Assembly (NCBI RefSeq): GCF_009914755.1
Contig: NC_060932.1
Strand: one strand, 5' to 3'
Origin: the human T2T-CHM13v2.0 reference genome, Homo sapiens
DNA: 64,000 nucleotides
Part shown: positions 52,186 to 64,000 of the stretch, piece by piece
Numbering within the stretch: the first letter of the stretch is position 1
Layout: each line of letters opens with the position of its first letter
The notes under the pieces: model-generated
Told to the model about the DNA's origin: nothing
The model's database searches: none
Seen by the model: the letters and a program-made list of their open reading frames with translations, nothing else
Program-made: the position numbers and the translations under genes

Positions 52186-52670
52186 CTTTCTCTTCTACTT
52201 AAAAGAGAAAACTCAGAGGATGCAATCACTTCCTCCTCTGAAAGCCATCCTCTCTAGCTGTTCTTGATTTAGCCCCTTCCTCTACATTCCCAGCACAATT
52301 GTAATCTTCCACCACCAAGTATCCTCTTTTAACTTTACAGTCTCCCTGTCAAGTTCCTCTGCCTACAAATACCTGTAAGGAACTTTCATCCTAGTAAAAC
52401 TCTTCTTGGTCCTTTGTCTCCTTCTAGCAATTGCACTACCTTTCAAGTTTACTGAAGGTTTTCTGTGAGTACAATCTTTGCTTTCTCACCTGTTTCACAT
52501 CTTAACCATTGCCTTCTCATTTATGCACCTTTCTCTTTGCCAGAAATGTGGTGACAGAGATCACTGGTGACTCCTTTATTGCCAGATCCAGTGCATGCCT
52601 CAGTCCTTAATTCCCTGGAACTCTGTTGAATTTGTCATTGTGGTTACTTAGTCCCTCTTAAAAGTTTGTG

Positions 52671-53696
52671 TTATCTCCCCCATAAGATGTTGGTCTCTTC
52701 GTTTTTTTTTTTTTTTTTTGGCTTTTGCTATTGTTACCACTTGTCACTGTCTCCATGTTAAAATGCCAAAAATGATCTAGTTGCTTTTGCTTTTTTCCCT
52801 ATTTTCCACCCAGTCACTCCTTACCATGACTCCTTCCCTCAGAGGGCACGTAGCAGTATCTGTCCCGCCAGTCCCAAGGCCCTGTGGGAGGAGACTGGCC
52901 TGCATCTCTCTAAGACTTAGTCTGATGCCATGCGCATCTCTTGTTCTGTGTTCAATCAGTAGTCCAGGGGAGAAGCTTCTGCCACTTCAGAGCTTTGCTA
53001 AACTATCCTAACTTGTCTAAATCTCCCCAGAATCGCCATCTTTGACCCAAGCTTCCATGCGACAGCCTAATCCATTTCCCTGGACAGGTCTCTTTCCTGG
53101 AATGCATCCCAGGCACCTATGCTCCTGGCACCCTTGAGGTCTCTCCTTTGAGTCAGGGTCACCAAGAGGGTTGAGGAAGCAGTACCCAAGGTCCCAGCCT
53201 TGGCAGGAGCTGCCCTGGGTAGAGCTGGACTTAGATCTTCTGGTAGTCTCATATAAACCCAGCAGTCAGCCTCTTCTAGAACCCTAGCCAGGGACTGGAG
53301 CAGGAAAGGACCTTTGAAATGAAGCCTGCCTTGTCCTGCACCTCCTTTTGGCTTAGATTGAAACATGAATTTCCTAATGGGTTAACTCCTTTAAAACAAG
53401 GAGTTGGGGGGAAGGGCGTCATGCACTCCTAGAGAAAGGTACACAGTCGCCCGGCTGGGAACATGCTTGGCGTCGACTCCATGGGCATCTGACTGGGTTT
53501 TCCATCTCAGGAAAAATAATTTGAAAGAGGCTTAGCATGAAGGGGAATCAAAGAGGAGGTTGTGATTCGGTCGAAGGTGCCTGGTTTAGTGCTGTAATTG
53601 TCTTATTATATATATATATATTTCTTGGAGTAAACATTTTAAATAAACAACACCATTGTCAAAAAAAAATAAATAAAAGAAAGGAAGAAAGAAAGT
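52671..53696 (+). pseudogene. 5'-truncated retrocopy of an unidentified mRNA 3'UTR
   Basis: Non-repeat-like 1 kb ending AATAAA (53642-53647), 13 nt, then an A-rich tail; candidate TSD aagtt(t/c)gtg (52662-52670/53697-53705); interrupts L2-like sequence. Confidence 0.65.
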
Positions 53697-54608
53697 AAGT
53701 TCGTGCTCTTCCTCTGTGAATATTTTTTCCTTGTGCCCCTACCTTCCTGGTAGTTCATTCTTGGTATTCTTCAGGGTCCTCTTTCCTGTCAAAGGTCTTA
53801 ACAGTGTCAATGTCTCTCAGGGTTCTGTCCTTGCCTTCTGCTCTTCTCTGGCTATACAGTCTTATTAAGAAACCTCTTTTCTTTCATGGCTTCAGCTACT
53901 ACCTGAACTCCACACCTCATATCTACTTGTGTGTAAGAGGAAATTTCCACCTAGAATTCTCAAAGAACTTACAACTAAAAGTGTACAAAGTCAATTCCTC
54001 ATGTTCTCCCACCAAATCCCCCAGATCCAAGTCCCTCATTCCTTTTTCTTGGCCTTAGTTATGGGAACTGTAATCTGGACATCATCTTGGGACCCTTCTT
54101 CACAGTTATCTCTCCCACACCCAATCAATACCAAGTCCTAGTTACGCCACCTATATATTTCTTGATTCCATTTCCTTCCTTCCATCATTAGCATTACTTC
54201 CTTAGCCCACATCTTCCTTCTTTCCTCGATGGGCTACTGCAGTAACCTAACTATTCTCTTGACATATATTCTTGCTTTTGATCTACTGATCAAAGCCAGG
54301 ACTCAAAAATCCATCACTGCTCCTAAGTTAAACTTCAAATTCCTCAGTCTTGTATATAAGGTCTGCATTATCTGGCCTTAGTTATAGGAACTGTAATCTG
54401 GAATCAACATTCAACAGCCTGATTTCAAATCACCTTCCACCTGTCACTTCTGACCATGCTGGCCTTGCTTTGTGTACTGAAATACACACCACTCCTTCCT
54501 CAGAATCTTTGCCATAAGTTGTTTCCTCTGCTACAGCACTCCTCCCACTCTGTTTCCCTGATGAATTTCTACTCACTCTTCAAGTTTTATTTATTTTTAA
54601 AATATATA

Positions 54609-54759
54609 TTTTTTGATACTGTCATGCTCTGTTGCCCACGCTGGAGTGCTGTGGTGCTATCATAGCTCACTGCAGCCTCAAACTCCTAGGCTCAAGTAAT
54701 CATTCCACTTCAGCCTCCTGAGTAGCTGGTACCACAGGCGTGACCCACTGCACCCAGCC
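54609..54759 (-). mobile_element. Alu monomer (FLAM-like)
   Basis: Single arm; cactcttcaagtttta duplicated on both sides. Confidence 0.8.
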
Positions 54760-54989
54760 ACTCTTCAAGTTTTAGTTTAAACTTCATTTACCTACCCTTC
54801 CCTGAGCATCCAGGTGAGAGATTAGCAGTTCCTGAGGCATTTTTGTTTCACCCATGGCAACCACACTTATAATCCCTTGTGTGGTGTCTGTACCAATAAG
54901 CCGTTTACTTCTTGGACTGCTTTGAGGATTAAATGACTTGCTGTATGCAGAGCCTTTGGAGTTTCTTGCACTAATGTAAACAAGAAGAA

Positions 54990-61110
<6,121 letters not shown>

Positions 61111-62391
61111 CATGTAGGTTACCATTTTTAGGGATGGTCACTGTTGAGCCTCCAAGTCCTATTCCCTTAAAATGGAAGACCCAAAATCCTGTTTGGGTTG
61201 AGCTGTGGCCACTTACTCAGGAAAAATTGGGGGCCTTACAGGAATTAGTCAAAGAGCAATTAAACAAAGGAAGCATTGAGCCCACATTTTCTCCATAGAA
61301 TTTGCCGGTGTTTGTAATAAAGAAAAAATCCAGCAGATGGCGCATGCTAACCGACTTACGTGTGGTGAACACATTCATTCAGCTGATTGGGGCCCTGCAG
61401 CTGGGGCTTCTATCCCCCACCATGATTCCTAGAGACTGGCCATTAGTAATTATAGATTTGAAGGATTGCTTTTTAAATATTCTTCTAGCAGAGTCTGATT
61501 TTGTGAAATTTGCTTTTACTATTCCTGCTATGAACAACAAGGAACCAGCAGCCAGATATCATTGGAAAGTCCTGCTGCAGGATATGTTGAATAGTCCTAC
61601 TATTTGTCAAACTTTTGTGGGGAAGGCTATTCCACCTGTGAGAGATCAGTTTCCTGATTCATATATCATTCATTTTATGGATGACATATTGGGTACGGTC
61701 AAAAGTTAAGACTGACTTATCCAGTGTTATTCATATTTACAGGAGGTGGTAGCCAATGCTGGATTGCTCATAGCACCAGATAAAATTCAAACATCCACTC
61801 CTTTCCAATATTTGGGAATGCAGGATCAGGAAAGGGCAATTAGACCCCAAGAGGTTCAAATTCAAAAAGACTCTCTGAAAACTTTAAATGATTTTCAAAA
61901 ATTATTAGGGGATATCAATTGGATTTGACCTCCTTTGGGAATCCCTACCTATGCTATGTCTAATCTGTTCTCTATTTTAAGAGGTGACCCTGCTCTCAAT
62001 AGTAAATGAGAACTGACTCCTGAGACTGCCAAAGAATTACAAATGATTGAAGAAAAAATACAACAGGCCCAGGTTAATAGAATAGACTCAAATTTACCAT
62101 TACAGTTCGTTGTGTTCCCTACTCTCCATTCTTCTACAGGGGTTATAGTTCAGAGTGAGGACTTAGTTGAATGGTCTTTTCTGCCTCACAATACTGTTAG
62201 AACACTCACAGTATACTTGGATCAGATGGCAATCTTGATTGGGCAAGCTCACCTTAGAGTTGTTAAACTTTGTGGCTCAGATCCAGATAAGATTATAGTT
62301 CCAATGAATAAAAATCAGATTTGGAAAGCCTTTGTTAATTCAGTCAATTGGCAAATAGATTTAGCTGGCTTCATTGGAGTTCTTGATAATC
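61111..62391 (+). mobile_element. Betaretrovirus-like ERV (HERV-K/HML group) pro end and pol RT, defective
   Basis: [75 protein letters not shown]; several stops. Confidence 0.92.
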
Positions 62392-63407
62392 TGAAGGGGT
62401 GGCCTGCCCCTCCACACCTGTGGGTATTTCTAGTCAGGTGGGATGGGAGACTGAGAAAAGAAATAAGACACAGTGACAAAGTATAGAGAAACAACAGTGG
62501 GCCCAGGAGAGCGGCACTTAGCACACCAAGGACCTGCACCGGCACCGGTCTCTGAGTTCCCTCAGTTTTTATTGATTATTATTTTCATGATTTCAGCAGA
62601 AAGGAATGTAGTAGGAGAGCAGGGTGATAATAAGGAGAAGGTCAGCAAAAAGCATGTGAGCAAAGGAATCTATGTCATAATTAAGTTCAAGGGAAAGTAC
62701 TATGCCTGGATGGGCACGTAGGCCAGATTTATGTTTCTCTCCACCCAAACATCTCAGCGGAGTAAAGAATAACAAGGCAGCATTGCTGCCAACATGTCTC
62801 ACCTCCCACCATAGGGCGGTTTTTCTCCTATCTCAGAATTGAACAAATGTACAATCGGGTTTTATACCAAGACGTTCAGTTCCCAGGGGCAGGCAGGAGA
62901 CAGTGGCCTTCCTCTATCTCAACTGCAAGAGGCTTTCCTCTTTTACTAATCCACCTCAGCACAGACCCTTTATGGGTGTCGGGCTGGGGGACGGTCAGGT
63001 CTTTCTCATCCCACGAAGCCATATTTCAGACTATCACATGGGGAGAAACCTTGGACGATACCCAGCTTTCAAGGGCAGAGTTCCCTGTGGGTTTCTGCAG
63101 TGCATTATGCCTGTGGTTTGTTGACACTAGAGAATGGCAATGACTTTTGCCAAGTATACTGCTTGTAAACATTTTGTTAACAAGGCACATCCTGCACAGC
63201 CCTAGATCCCTTAAACCTTGACTTCATACAACACATGTTTTTATGAGCTCCAGGTTGGGTCAAAGTGGCTGGGGCAAAACTACAAATTGACAACATCTGA
63301 GCAAAGCAATTGTTCAAAGTACAGGCCTTTTTCAAAATGGAGTCTCTTATGTCTTCCCTTTCTACATAGACACAGTAACAGTCTGATCTCTCTCTCTTTT
63401 CCCTACA
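62392..63407 (-). mobile_element. LTR5A/B-type 3' LTR of an HERV-K(HML-2) provirus
   Basis: Minus strand TGTAGGGAAAAGAGAGAGAGATCAGACTGTTACTG ... GGCCACCCCTTCA, 1016 bp, preceded by a polypurine tract (63411-63425). Confidence 0.92.
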
Positions 63408-64000
63408 TATCCCCCTTTTCTTTTTGACAAAACCGCCATCATCATCATGGTCCGTTCTCGCTAGCCGCTGTCTCTCCGGAGCTGCTGGATACACCTGTAG
63501 ACTAACAATAGAGAGGACAGACATACAAGGATTAATACAAAATTTGCAATAGTGGAATTTCCAATGGTTTTAACCCAAGTGACAGGGTTAAGATTCGTGA
63601 GGCTATCAACAGCTTTTTCCATTGCCTCAGTTTCTGGCACCAAATTTAACTGGGCTTTGGATGTTTTAAAAATTTGTTCTTTCAATTTTGAAATATCTAA
63701 AGTAAGATTATCTTCTCTTCCTTGTAGATGGCATCTAACCATGTCCCAGTGATGTTCAGATTCATTATAGGCTTGAGGTGTAATACAAAAATCTGATGTA
63801 TTGTAGTCACACAGTAACTGAAAAAGATATTCCAAACTTATGAGCCTATCTCCCATCCAAATGACAGTTTGTCTAAGATCATTAATTTGATTTGCCAATT
63901 TTTGATCTATTTGAGTCTGAGAATTCCACAATTTTGAGGAATTCTTTTGCCAATTATTCACATATTCTGCAGTGTGAACAGAGGAGGGTAAAGCAATTAC
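63408..64000 (-). mobile_element. HML-2 env TM region with rec/np9 last exon; provirus continues off the right edge
   Basis: [65 protein letters not shown]; acceptor ttgttag| at 63501. Confidence 0.95.

Noticed and set aside
50971-53054. 15-bp match ctttgacccaagctt at ~50971 and ~53040
   Set aside because: Short, in unrelated contexts, compatible with chance.

Overview
This is primate, almost certainly human, genomic DNA, very rich in repeats, with no intact conventional protein-coding gene. From recognised sequences it is the 8q24.3 ZNF252P locus. The core is a minus-strand KRAB-C2H2 zinc-finger pseudogene (ZNF252P). Its ATG exon, KRAB-A, KRAB-B and ~22-finger exons can be reconstructed, and it carries a broken splice acceptor and at least four premature stops. 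A full-length TMED10 retrocopy (TMED10P1) lies antisense between its KRAB exons. A bidirectional CpG-island promoter also drives ZNF252P-AS1, which runs antisense over a second, more decayed zinc-finger exon. The flanks hold an HERV-H 5' end (LTR7 plus His PBS), several solo LTRs, an ERVL relic, three large primate L1s, ~25 Alus and an unidentified retro-copied 3' UTR. At the right end an HML-2 provirus 3' end (LTR5, env TM, rec/np9 exon) is nested antisense in the pol of another betaretrovirus-like ERV. I found no convincing new biological system. The best leads are the pseudogenisation mechanics, the retrocopy-derived cryptic acceptor and soluble-TMED10 ORF, the nested ERVs, and several templated-insertion and deletion scars. 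Gene names and repeat subfamilies come from recall, not from searches, and repeat boundaries without a stated TSD are approximate.
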